From an uncultured Gammaproteobacteria bacterium (GTDB lineage: Bacteria > Actinomycetota > Acidimicrobiia > Spongiisociales > SHLN01): a stretch of DNA of 38,085 bases. Both the position numbers and the translations under genes were made by a program. Within the stretch, counting starts at the first letter, position 1. The number at the start of each line of letters is the position of its first letter. The DNA lies in contig CAXMOO010000059.1 of NCBI GenBank assembly GCA_964195005.1, positions 1 to 38,085 on the forward strand, written 5' to 3'. The notes beneath the pieces were generated by a model, which did no database searches, was not told the DNA's origin, and was given only the letters and a program-made list of their open reading frames with translations. Below are positions 1 through 8,951 of this stretch, piece by piece.

Positions 1-784
1 GTCGGTACATGCCGGGAGTGCGCTCACCGTTGCAGTTCCAGTCTCCGGTGACGGCGATGTCACCCGGGTTCCCGTAGTAGAACTGATTGGCAGGCCCGAC
101 CAGTGAGGCCATGTGATGGAACTCTGAGGAATTGGTCACAAGGGCCACTCCGTCGCATGCGCTTCCTCCAAAGCAAGGATCAACCGGCGGCGGCGAGAGA
201 GCTGCATTCAGGTGGGGGTAGGAGTTCACCGGCCCGATGCCGGGAGCGTGCAGTTCGCGGTGAAGGTGAGAGTCTGCCCATTCGGCGTTCCCCGAGTTAC
301 CCACCCAGCCGATCATTTCACCGGCCTGAACGAAAGTCCCGTTCTCGATGCCGTCGGCGATGCCCCATCCGGCGCCGTCGTCCGTGCCCGGGGTGTCGTT
401 GTTGAGGTGGATATACATGCTCGACCAGCCGTCGGTGTGGTTGACCTGCAGTGCGCAGCACGAGCTGGAGATCCATCCGACGTATCCGTCGGCGACTGCC
501 AGCACCGGAACCATCTTGTCGGCCATCATGTCGGTTCCCTCATGGACCCGGCCCCCGGATCGAGGGGCATGCCACGTGTCGGTGTAGTGGTTGTCACCGG
601 CGAGCGGGAAGACCATCGGATAGATACCGTTAACAGCCGGTGCCGGGTAGGTCGAGGGGTCGGGATCCGAGCCGTCGTGGTCGGCGAGCACCGGCGCCAC
701 GCCCAGGGTGGTGGAAACCAGCAGCGTCGAGACCAGCAGCGTCAAGAACGGCACAGCGCGAAACACGGGGCGGACCTTACGCAT
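1..784 (-). CDS. Secreted M23-family metallopeptidase with C-terminal YGNPGD..GDW repeat region (3' end runs off the window)
   Basis: Not in the ORF track; translated by hand from ATG at 784. It gives a signal peptide (MRKVRPVFRAVPFLTLLVSTLLVSTTLGVAPVLA), the M23 motifs HEGTD, YIHL, GWVGNSGNA and HLH, then FYYGNPGDIAVTGDWNCNGERTPGMYR, and is open to base 1. Confidence 0.85.
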   Translation of the reverse strand, partial: MRKVRPVFRAVPFLTLLVSTLLVSTTLGVAPVLADHDGSDPDPSTYPAPAVNGIYPMVFPLAGDNHYTDTWHAPRSGGRVHEGTDMMADKMVPVLAVADGYVGWISSSCCALQVNHTDGWSSMYIHLNNDTPGTDDGAGWGIADGIENGTFVQAGEMIGWVGNSGNAEWADSHLHRELHAPGIGPVNSYPHLNAALSPPPVDPCFGGSACDGVALVTNSSEFHHMASLVGPANQFYYGNPGDIAVTGDWNCNGERTPGMYR

Positions 785-846
785 AGTGGTCAGGTCGGTC
801 AATAGCCCGAATTCTTTAGAGCACAGCGGGCTCCTAGCCTGGCCGC

Positions 847-1626
847 ATGCCGATGGTCACCATCAATGGACGGGAGCTGCACTTCGCACGCGAGGGGAAC
901 GGCCCGATTGCCGTCTTGATCCATGGATACCCGCTGGACCACACCATGTGGCTCGATCAGCTTTCCGGGCTGTCGGGTGTTAGGACGACCGTCGCTCTGG
1001 ACCTTCCTGGCTACGGGATGTCGGAGCGCGTCACGGGCCAGCCGTTGACCATGCATCAGCTGGCCGACGATGTTGCCGGCCTGATCCGTGAGCTGGGGGA
1101 GTCTTCGGCCGACGTTGTCGGGCTGTCCATGGGCGGATATGTCGCGCTGGCCCTATGGGAGCGTCATCAGGAGGTTGTGCGGACCCTCGTGCTGGCAAAC
1201 ACGAGGGCGGCGGCTGAGTCTGAGGAGGGCCGTGCCGGCCGCGAGGCCCAGGCAGTCGCAGTGGTCGGCGAGGGGAGGGCTGAGCTTGCGGCCCGGCTGG
1301 TGGACGCATTGCTCAGTCCCGGCGCCGAACTGGTGGCCAAAGCCCGCCTCCGCACGATGGTTGAGTCCACCCCGGTCGAGACTATCGTCGCTTCGCTGCG
1401 AGGCATGGCCGAAAGATCAGACCGGACTGAGCTTCTCGGGTCCATAACCGTTCCGACGCTGGCTATCGCCGGCGAGGAGGATGGACTGATCCCACCGCTG
1501 GATATGCACGAGCTATCGGCGGCGATTTCTGGCTCAAAGTTCCTGGTCGTCCCGGGCGCCGGTCACCTGCCGCCGATCGAGCGCCCCGCGGCGTTTACGG
1601 AGGCTCTCCTCAACTTCTGGAGTTGA
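847..1626 (+). CDS. Alpha/beta-fold hydrolase (enol-lactonase-like)
   Basis: HGYP oxyanion segment, GLSMGG nucleophile elbow, Asp in GEEDGL and His in GAGHL. TAGCCT -10 hexamer lies 6 nt before the ATG. Confidence 0.9.
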   Translation: MPMVTINGRELHFAREGNGPIAVLIHGYPLDHTMWLDQLSGLSGVRTTVALDLPGYGMSERVTGQPLTMHQLADDVAGLIRELGESSADVVGLSMGGYVALALWERHQEVVRTLVLANTRAAAESEEGRAGREAQAVAVVGEGRAELAARLVDALLSPGAELVAKARLRTMVESTPVETIVASLRGMAERSDRTELLGSITVPTLAIAGEEDGLIPPLDMHELSAAISGSKFLVVPGAGHLPPIERPAAFTEALLNFWS

Positions 1627-3648
1627 CTCCGGCCGGCCATAGTTGGCAAGCCCACCCTCAACATGGCGCGGATAGCTGAGGGCAGTGATGTCCTGATGCC
1701 GAGCTGCTGCCATGCCGGCTGCCACGTTCACACGGCTCAGCAACAAGCCACCGCCGACGAACAGCACGGCCAGGCTGGCCACGGCCGGGCGGCTACTGTC
1801 GAAAAGGGCTACCGCGCCGCCAAATAACAAGGGACCGATGACGGCGCCGAAGCGGGCGACAGCGGTGAAGAAGCCGAAGAACTCACCGCTCTGCGAGGCC
1901 GGTGCCAGGTTGGAGTACAAGCTGCGGCTGAGGGCTTGGCTCCCACCTTGCACGATTGCCACCGCCCAGGCCAGGAACCAGAACTCGATGACGGTATCCA
2001 GGAAATAGCCCCAGATGACTATCCCGGTGTAAACGACCAGCATCATCAGGATGCTGCGCTTGGTATCCATCGCGGCAGCGACCGAGTTGAGTTTTCGACC
2101 AAAGGCCAGGGCGATGAAGCCGGAGACGCCGAGGACCCCACCAAGCAGAGCCAGAATCAACCCGAGGTCCGAGGTGCGCAGCGGCTCGAGAACTTCGAAC
2201 TCGCCGAGCGATATGACGTTCCCTAGAGAGTCCGGGTGGGCCCGGGTCGTCGCTACCAGCGACAAGGTGTGGAGCCCTTCGGTGTCTGCTTTGAACGTCT
2301 CCGGCACCCCGAAGCGAACCGTAGGCCGATAGGCGTCGATCGTGGCGGCCTCGCCGTCTTTGAGGAATGGCCTGCCGTCCATGAGCACGTCCCAGATGCC
2401 ATGGGCGGCACCCTCCGAGTGGATGATCTTGATGCGCTGTCCGTTGAACGGGATGTCGAGCCTGGCACCGGCAGCACCGGCCAGGACATAGTCCGATCCG
2501 GCTCCAGACGGCAGCTCGTCGGGGGTCAGAGTTTGCCACTGGCCGGTGAAAACTATTCCTTCTGCGGTTGACTCATACTCACCTTCGCCCAGAAACTCGT
2601 CGACCGCCGGGTAGGCCGGATCGAGCCTACCCACGGTGTCTCGATCGAGGGTATAGGCAGCGGCGATACCCACGGCCGGCACCGCGATCACATTCACTAC
2701 CAGGAGGGTCACGATGGTGCCCCGCCACACAGAAGCCCTGTTGGTGCTCGAACCGAACATGAGAGTGAAGGGCACCCCCACGAATTGCACCAGGATCAGC
2801 GCGCCCACCAGTTCCACGGTTCCGAATCCGAGCTCGGCGCCGTAGACCACGGCGAGAGCGATAACCGTGCCGATGCCATTGCCGTAAAGGAGAAAAGCGA
2901 ACAGGAACTTCACCAACTCCTTGTAGCTCCGCACATTGCGGCTGGTGGTGCCGAGCCGCTTGAAGCTGGTTCTCAGCACCGATGAGCCCTTAGCGAGCTT
3001 GGCCGTGGCGGCAGGCGGCTCAGGGAGCCGACGCAGTATCGGAAGCGAGAACAATGCCCACCAGACGGCAACAAGAACAAAGGATGCTCGGACTCCCTGG
3101 TTGTCGTCGTTTGGCAGCAGGACGATCAATGCCACCGCCCCAACGAGGACAATCCCTCCGCCCAGATAGCCGAGGGCGTAGCCCCGTGCAGACACTCTGT
3201 CCCGATCATCTTCGATCGCCGCATGAGGGAGCAAGCTGTCGTAGAAGACGTTGGCGAGGCCGAAACCAACCCGGCCGACAACGAATAGCGCCGCAGCCAG
3301 AAGCCAGTCACCGGTGCTTACCAGAAAGAGCATTCCTGTTGCCGTCGCCCCGACGATCGTGAATACGGCAAGGAGGTACTTCTTGCCGCGCATGATGTCG
3401 CTCATGGTTCCCAGGACCGGAGCCAGCACGGCCACGATTAGCAGGCTGATGGCGACAATGATGGCCCAATAGGTGGCAGCTGTGGATGGGCTGTCCAGGC
3501 TGGTCCCGGCGACTTCAACAAAATAGGTGGGGAGAATCGCCGCCAGAACAACGACGGCGAAAGCCGAATTAGCCCAGTCGTATAACGACCACGCCCTTAC
3601 TCGCCTACGGTATTCGGCTCGACTGAGCCCTGCCGTCTTCCGCCCCAA
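1534..3648 (-). CDS. MFS transporter, UMF1/Atg22 family, with inserted extracytoplasmic domain (paralog 1)
   Basis: Family motifs WSLYDWANSAF, FYDSLLP, QGGSQALSRS and GEFFGFF. TTG start follows GGAGG. At 704 aa it is much longer than a 12-TM MFS. Confidence 0.85.
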   Translation of the reverse strand: MGRKTAGLSRAEYRRRVRAWSLYDWANSAFAVVVLAAILPTYFVEVAGTSLDSPSTAATYWAIIVAISLLIVAVLAPVLGTMSDIMRGKKYLLAVFTIVGATATGMLFLVSTGDWLLAAALFVVGRVGFGLANVFYDSLLPHAAIEDDRDRVSARGYALGYLGGGIVLVGAVALIVLLPNDDNQGVRASFVLVAVWWALFSLPILRRLPEPPAATAKLAKGSSVLRTSFKRLGTTSRNVRSYKELVKFLFAFLLYGNGIGTVIALAVVYGAELGFGTVELVGALILVQFVGVPFTLMFGSSTNRASVWRGTIVTLLVVNVIAVPAVGIAAAYTLDRDTVGRLDPAYPAVDEFLGEGEYESTAEGIVFTGQWQTLTPDELPSGAGSDYVLAGAAGARLDIPFNGQRIKIIHSEGAAHGIWDVLMDGRPFLKDGEAATIDAYRPTVRFGVPETFKADTEGLHTLSLVATTRAHPDSLGNVISLGEFEVLEPLRTSDLGLILALLGGVLGVSGFIALAFGRKLNSVAAAMDTKRSILMMLVVYTGIVIWGYFLDTVIEFWFLAWAVAIVQGGSQALSRSLYSNLAPASQSGEFFGFFTAVARFGAVIGPLLFGGAVALFDSSRPAVASLAVLFVGGGLLLSRVNVAAGMAAARHQDITALSYPRHVEGGLANYGRPESTPEVEESLRKRRGALDRRQVTGARDDQEL

Positions 3649-3765
3649 CTTGCCTCCGGCGGCCAGGTTAGTTGGTCACGTTCCGTGGCCCCCATCAGTC
3701 GGCAAGTTATTTTCGCGATGCCTTCTGCTCTTCGGCACACGGCTCCTGCGGAGGTGAGTGCTCGC

Positions 3766-5799
3766 CTAGTCGTCGAGTGTGCCGGCGTCCATCGCGGCGG
3801 CGATCCGCTTCCCCTCTTCGACGTCGACGCTTCTGAGGAGCAACCCTCCTGCTATGAAGAACACGACGATAAATAGGACCGCCGGTCGGCTTGATCCGAA
3901 GATTTGCACGGCGGCAAAGAAAATCAGCGGGCCCACCAGGGCGGAGAACTTGGACATGATCGAGAAGACGCCGAAGAACTCGCCGCTTTGTGATGTGGGA
4001 GACATCGCGGCGTACATGCTCCGGCTAAGCGCCTGGCTCCCACCCTGAACTATGGCGACCATGAAGGCCAGGAACCAGAATTCGACCACGATGTTGAGGA
4101 AGAAGCCCCAAACCGCAATGACCACGTAGGCGAGGAGAGATAGGAGGATCGTGCGCTTGGTGTCGAAGCGTTTGACGGCGCCGGCGAGGAGCCTTCGTCC
4201 CGGCCCGAACGCAAAGGCCAGTCCGATGACCTGGACGAGCCCCAGCAAGCCGAGGATCGTAGCCAGGTTCGAGGTGCGGGTGGGGTCGAGGACTTCGAAT
4301 CCTCCTATTCGCATCGTCTCGCCATCCCGGTCGGTGTCGAAGTTTCTGAGCCCGAAGATCTGGACGAAATGTTCTCCCGGTTCGCCCACATCGATGAGGG
4401 CTCGCTCTTCGTGCCTCTCCGCCCGGTTGTAGCCGTCGATGGTGAGGCCGTCTTCTCCGGTATCAGCCTCCGGGTCCGGGCTAAAGCCGTCGATGGTGAA
4501 GCCTTCGATCCCCAGCGGGCTCTCGCCGTCAATGCGTATCAAATGGGTTCCCCCGTCGGGGCCCGTTCCGTAGATGATCTCGACCTCACGGCCGTTGAAC
4601 GCAAAGGTGAGCCACCCACCCGTACCCTCATAGACGACGTAGTCCCGGCGGGCACCAGCCCCGATGTCATCCTCGGACCCCTGGACCGAGGGCCGGAGAT
4701 TTAGCAGCTCAATCTGTTCGATCCCGTATTCCCCTTCCCCAACGAAGCCGCCCTGGGTTGTGAATTCCGGACCGGGACGACCCACGGTTTCGTCATTGAG
4801 AACCCTGGCGCCGACAACACCCACTAGTGGCAGTGCCACCAGGTTGAACAGGACGAAGGCCAAAAAGGCCGACCGTCGGGGCTCCGTCGGGTCGGGGATT
4901 CGGCCGAAAATCAAAGCGAAGGGGATTCCGGCAAACTGGACGAGCAGGAGCGCCAGGATCAGCTCTTTAGCGCCGAAGCCAAGCTCGGCCCCGTAGATAG
5001 CGGCCACCCCGATGATCGTGCCGATGCCGTCGCTATATATGAGGAAGGCCACCAGGAACCGGAGGAGTTGCCGGTAGCGGCGAAGATGGGCGAACGTGTC
5101 CTTGAGTCGGTCGATGGACACGGAAATGAGGGTCTGACCCTCGGTCAACTCGACCGAATCCGCCGGCGGCTCCGGCACCCGGCGCAGCAGCGGGATAGAG
5201 AAGACTGCCCACCACAGGGCAACGCTCAGGAAAGACAGCCTGGCTCCACCCTCAGGACCAATTATGAAGATCATCGCCGCATTGATGGCGAGGAGGATCC
5301 CCCCACCGAGGTAACCGAAGGCATAGCCGCGGGTCGACACGACATCCTGATCCTCCTGGCGAGCGACGTGAGGAAGAAGGGCGTCGTAGAAGACGTTGGC
5401 CGCTCCGAATCCAACCCTTCCGATGATGAACAGGATCGATGCGAGCAACCAATCTCCCGAACCGACCAGCACCAGCAGCCCGGTGGCGACCACCCCGACG
5501 CCGATTGACACGGAGAGCAGCTTTTTCTTGCCGCGGCGAATATCGGAGATCGTGCCCAGGATGGGGGAGATGATGGCCACTATGAACAGAGCGATGCTGA
5601 GCCCGGCAGTCCAGTAAGCAGTGGCAACCGAAGCGCTTGGCAGCGTGTCTCCGGCCACCTGGCTGTAGTAGATGGGTAAGACGGCGGCGAGGATGGTGGT
5701 GGTGAACGCCGAATTGGCCCAGTCGTAGAGAGTCCAGGCCCTGATTCGGCGCTGATATTCGGCCTCATCTAGGCCTTCATGGGCGGGCTTGAACGGCAC
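3766..5799 (-). CDS. MFS transporter, UMF1/Atg22 family, with inserted extracytoplasmic domain (paralog 2)
   Basis: Motifs WTLYDWANSAF, FYDALLP, QGGSQALSRS and GEFFG. Colinear with the adjacent paralog. Confidence 0.88.
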   Translation of the reverse strand: MPFKPAHEGLDEAEYQRRIRAWTLYDWANSAFTTTILAAVLPIYYSQVAGDTLPSASVATAYWTAGLSIALFIVAIISPILGTISDIRRGKKKLLSVSIGVGVVATGLLVLVGSGDWLLASILFIIGRVGFGAANVFYDALLPHVARQEDQDVVSTRGYAFGYLGGGILLAINAAMIFIIGPEGGARLSFLSVALWWAVFSIPLLRRVPEPPADSVELTEGQTLISVSIDRLKDTFAHLRRYRQLLRFLVAFLIYSDGIGTIIGVAAIYGAELGFGAKELILALLLVQFAGIPFALIFGRIPDPTEPRRSAFLAFVLFNLVALPLVGVVGARVLNDETVGRPGPEFTTQGGFVGEGEYGIEQIELLNLRPSVQGSEDDIGAGARRDYVVYEGTGGWLTFAFNGREVEIIYGTGPDGGTHLIRIDGESPLGIEGFTIDGFSPDPEADTGEDGLTIDGYNRAERHEERALIDVGEPGEHFVQIFGLRNFDTDRDGETMRIGGFEVLDPTRTSNLATILGLLGLVQVIGLAFAFGPGRRLLAGAVKRFDTKRTILLSLLAYVVIAVWGFFLNIVVEFWFLAFMVAIVQGGSQALSRSMYAAMSPTSQSGEFFGVFSIMSKFSALVGPLIFFAAVQIFGSSRPAVLFIVVFFIAGGLLLRSVDVEEGKRIAAAMDAGTLDD

Positions 5800-5855
5800 G
5801 GTGACACCGGAGGCTAGGTGGTCGCATCACCCCCCTCAACCGATAACCTCCCTCT

Positions 5856-7073
5856 ATGCGACGGCTGGTGTGGCTGGCAGTTCTGGCGGCTGCTTGCAGT
5901 AGACCTGAGGCGACCCCTACATCGAAACCTGTGGTGCTTCCATCTACGACGACTACGACCATGCCGGCGCCCGACCCTCCGGCGACGGCGCCACCTTCAA
6001 CCGTTCTTGCGCCGGTGTCTGCCCTCGAGCTGGAGACCGTGGCGTTCGGTTTCGATCAGCTGGTGGCAGTCCGTCTGGACCCTGCGAGTGATGTGTTATT
6101 GGCAGTGGAGCGGCGAGGTGTCATCCATGCCGTGGGTGTGGGAGTGGCCCTCGACCTGTCCGATCGGGTCGGCGCCCGAAACCGGGAGCAGGGCTTGCTC
6201 GGTTTGGCTTTTCATCCTGATGATCCGAATCTGCTCTATGTCAACTACACGGATCGCGGCGGCGACACGGTGGTGTCTGAATTTCGCCGCACGGACGGTA
6301 GTTTCGACGCCGATAGTGAACGGATAGTGCTCCGGGTCGACCAGCCGGCCAGCAACCACAACGGCGGTCATCTCGAGTTTGGGCCAGACGGGATGCTCTA
6401 CATCGGTCTAGGTGATGGCGGAGGGGCCAACGATAACTTCGGCAACGGGCAGGACCCTTCCCGGTTGCTCGGCTCAATGGTGCGAATCGACCCGCGACCG
6501 ACCGACGGCGAGCCATTCCAGGTCCCGGGTGACAACCCATTCTTTGGAGCTGAATTCGCCAGCCCGCTCGTGTGGGCATACGGGCTACGTAACCCGTGGC
6601 GTTACACGTTCGACGGTGGGCTGTTGTACGTCGCCGATGTCGGACAGCGACGCTGGGAGGAGGTGACCGTTGTTTCCCTGAGTGAAGTGAGCCCCGGTAA
6701 TCCTCTCAACTTCGGGTGGTCCGTGCTCGAAGGCACCAGCTGTTTTTCCGGCGGCAGTGATTGTCTCCGAATTGGGCTCCTCGAGCCTGTTGTTGAGTAC
6801 TCCCATGAGGTCGGCTGTTCCATCAGCGGTGGCGTGGTCATGCACGACCCGGCGATCCCCGAGCTCGACGGCTCCTATTTATACGGGGACTTCTGCGGCG
6901 GTTGGGTTCGAGCCCTCCGACTGGACGCTAATCGCGCAGTGGAATCAGACGGGGAGCTGTTCGCGGGAGTCGGCTCGGTTGTCAGCTTCGGTGTCGACGC
7001 CGAAGGGGCGGCACTGGTCGTCACTCTCGAAGGTTCAATCGAGCGCATCATTGCCCTGCGGACCGGGGGGTAA
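5856..7073 (+). CDS. PQQ-dependent sugar (glucose/sorbosone) dehydrogenase-family lipoprotein
   Basis: Lipobox LAAAC, Pro/Thr linker, and motifs EQGLLGLAFHP, NHNGG, FGPDGMLY, GDGG and YGLRNPWR. Confidence 0.9.
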   Translation: MRRLVWLAVLAAACSRPEATPTSKPVVLPSTTTTTMPAPDPPATAPPSTVLAPVSALELETVAFGFDQLVAVRLDPASDVLLAVERRGVIHAVGVGVALDLSDRVGARNREQGLLGLAFHPDDPNLLYVNYTDRGGDTVVSEFRRTDGSFDADSERIVLRVDQPASNHNGGHLEFGPDGMLYIGLGDGGGANDNFGNGQDPSRLLGSMVRIDPRPTDGEPFQVPGDNPFFGAEFASPLVWAYGLRNPWRYTFDGGLLYVADVGQRRWEEVTVVSLSEVSPGNPLNFGWSVLEGTSCFSGGSDCLRIGLLEPVVEYSHEVGCSISGGVVMHDPAIPELDGSYLYGDFCGGWVRALRLDANRAVESDGELFAGVGSVVSFGVDAEGAALVVTLEGSIERIIALRTGG

Positions 7074-7162
7074 GGGTGGGCTTCGGAGTGAGGATCCCAT
7101 AGAGCCTGCCAATCCGACCCGCACGGCCGGCAAGCTCGTTGCGATCGTTCACCCGAACTATT

Positions 7163-8047
7163 TCAAACTCTGTGCACCAACTCGCCGGCGATGGTCAGGA
7201 TCTCGCCCATCTGCCGACCGGTGGGATAGAGGATGTTTCTGCCCGCGATCAGGCCTCGCACCTGGGGCAGACGCAAACCCTCCTCCCATCGTCTTAAAGT
7301 GAGATCGGGGTTGCGATTCGGATCACCACCCTGCATCAGCGTAGGTAGCGAGCTGGCGCCTAGAGAGCGCTCCAGGTCGCCGATGGGGGGAAGCTGCAGC
7401 CAGGTGTACGCGGAGGTTGCCCCCAGGCCGGAGGCCACAGATACCGCCCGGGCCATCGCCTCCGGATCGGCGGTAGGTTGCGACCTCCCTCCGAGTCGAA
7501 CTGATGGCAGCGGCTCGACTAGTGATATGAGCTGGGATCGTGCCAGCCTGGTGACGTTCTCACCGCAGGCGACGATGGTGGCGTTACTGGCCGGGTCCTT
7601 CATGTCGATTCGCAGAAGCATCTTGCCTCCGTCCAATCTGGAGTCGAGGAGACCCGGGGGGTCGTAACAGTTGAACCGGTCGTCCATCTCCCATGCGGAC
7701 CCGGCCAGGCCACTGCGATTCATCGAGCCGATGACGATCTTGTCGTCGAGGGCACGTAGGAGGAGAAGCTCTTCGATGACATCTGCGGTCGCAATTATTC
7801 CGTCGACGGCCTGGTGGTCCATGGCGACGACAAGACGTCCCAGCAGGTCGCGGCGTGAGGCGAGTGCGGTCGGATTCTCTTCGGTGCCCACCACACCCCG
7901 GGCGGCATGGTCGGCAGCGATCAGGAGCAGCCCGCGGCCTGTATCCATCTGATCTCGAGGTTTACGGGAGCGGGCAGCCTCGGCGACCGCTTCAGGCCGA
8001 CGGGCTCTTGTTTCAATGAGGTCGTCGTACTGTTGATCGCTGAGCAC
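7163..8047 (-). CDS. Cgl0159-like TIM-barrel aldolase-family protein
   Basis: Motifs IAADHAARG, GSMNRSGLAG..WEMDDRF, GGKMLLRID, TSAYTWL and GRNILYP. Confidence 0.75.
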   Translation of the reverse strand: MLSDQQYDDLIETRARRPEAVAEAARSRKPRDQMDTGRGLLLIAADHAARGVVGTEENPTALASRRDLLGRLVVAMDHQAVDGIIATADVIEELLLLRALDDKIVIGSMNRSGLAGSAWEMDDRFNCYDPPGLLDSRLDGGKMLLRIDMKDPASNATIVACGENVTRLARSQLISLVEPLPSVRLGGRSQPTADPEAMARAVSVASGLGATSAYTWLQLPPIGDLERSLGASSLPTLMQGGDPNRNPDLTLRRWEEGLRLPQVRGLIAGRNILYPTGRQMGEILTIAGELVHRV

Positions 8048-8113
8048 GCATCTACTCCCGTGTCCCTGGTATCACGATAACCGACCCAGACCGCGAAATC
8101 CCAGACTAAGACG

Positions 8114-8914
8114 CTAATCCTCGATTAGCTCGACTTCCACTGCGACTTCATTGGGGACCGGGGTCTCACCCCGGCGCAGGTCGTCGGCCAGGTCGTCGAT
8201 AACAAGCTGCGAATTCTTCCAGCCTTTGACTCGAAAAGCCCACTCCGGCTCCTCATACTCGTAGCGGGTAACGCCAATGACCCACGGCCTGCCGGTGAGC
8301 GTGTTGTAGAGGATCCAGCCTCCAACCAGTAGCCAGAACAGCGCATACTCGGCCAGAAAGATGAGCCCGGGGACTAGCACGAAAACAGTGAGAGCCGCAA
8401 CCGCCGCGATCGCCACCGCGATGAGAATGTAGAGGAGGGCTTTTGCCAGGACGGCCAGGAGGCCGGCTGCACCCGACGCGGCGCCTGCGCCCCCACCACC
8501 ACCGCCGCCTTTGCGAGAGCCCCCGCCGCCGCTCGACGACCGGCGACCCCCACCCCCGCTCGATGAGCGGCTGCCCCCGCCACCGCCAAGACCACCTCCG
8601 GACCGACCGCCGCCCGAGCTTCCCCACGACCCACCACCTCCCCATCTTCCTCCCCAGAAGATCCAGCCGCTTCCCCGATCCCGTCGGGCTAACTCGCGGT
8701 TGTCCCGGTAGGGATTGGGAAGCGGGGGTTGGATGGGGTTGGCTCGCGGCCGGTGGATTTCTGGCTTCAGTGGTGGTTCGAACTCCTGAATTGGCTTGGG
8801 GCGTCGAAATCTGTACCCCAGATACCCCGGGCGCCGAGCCAACCAGTGGCGCGCAACCACCCACCGGATCCCATCCGGGCCCTCGACATATCGCTTCCTG
8901 AATCTGTTCGCCAA
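8114..8914 (-). CDS. Hypothetical membrane protein with a Gly/Ser-rich low-complexity linker
   Basis: 266-aa ORF filling the gap between genes: basic Pro-rich N-terminus, ~60-aa GGGS tract, two hydrophobic helices and an acidic tail. Start codon uncertain. Confidence 0.65.
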   Translation of the reverse strand: MANRFRKRYVEGPDGIRWVVARHWLARRPGYLGYRFRRPKPIQEFEPPLKPEIHRPRANPIQPPLPNPYRDNRELARRDRGSGWIFWGGRWGGGGSWGSSGGGRSGGGLGGGGGSRSSSGGGGRRSSSGGGGSRKGGGGGGGAGAASGAAGLLAVLAKALLYILIAVAIAAVAALTVFVLVPGLIFLAEYALFWLLVGGWILYNTLTGRPWVIGVTRYEYEEPEWAFRVKGWKNSQLVIDDLADDLRRGETPVPNEVAVEVELIED

Positions 8915-8951
8915 CCCGGACCTATCCTACGGAGACCGTTGAGGGAGACGA

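Noticed and set aside
717-746. Short tandem duplication ACCAGCAGCGTC
   Set aside because: It encodes the TLLV repeat in the M23 signal peptide; no evidence of an independent function.
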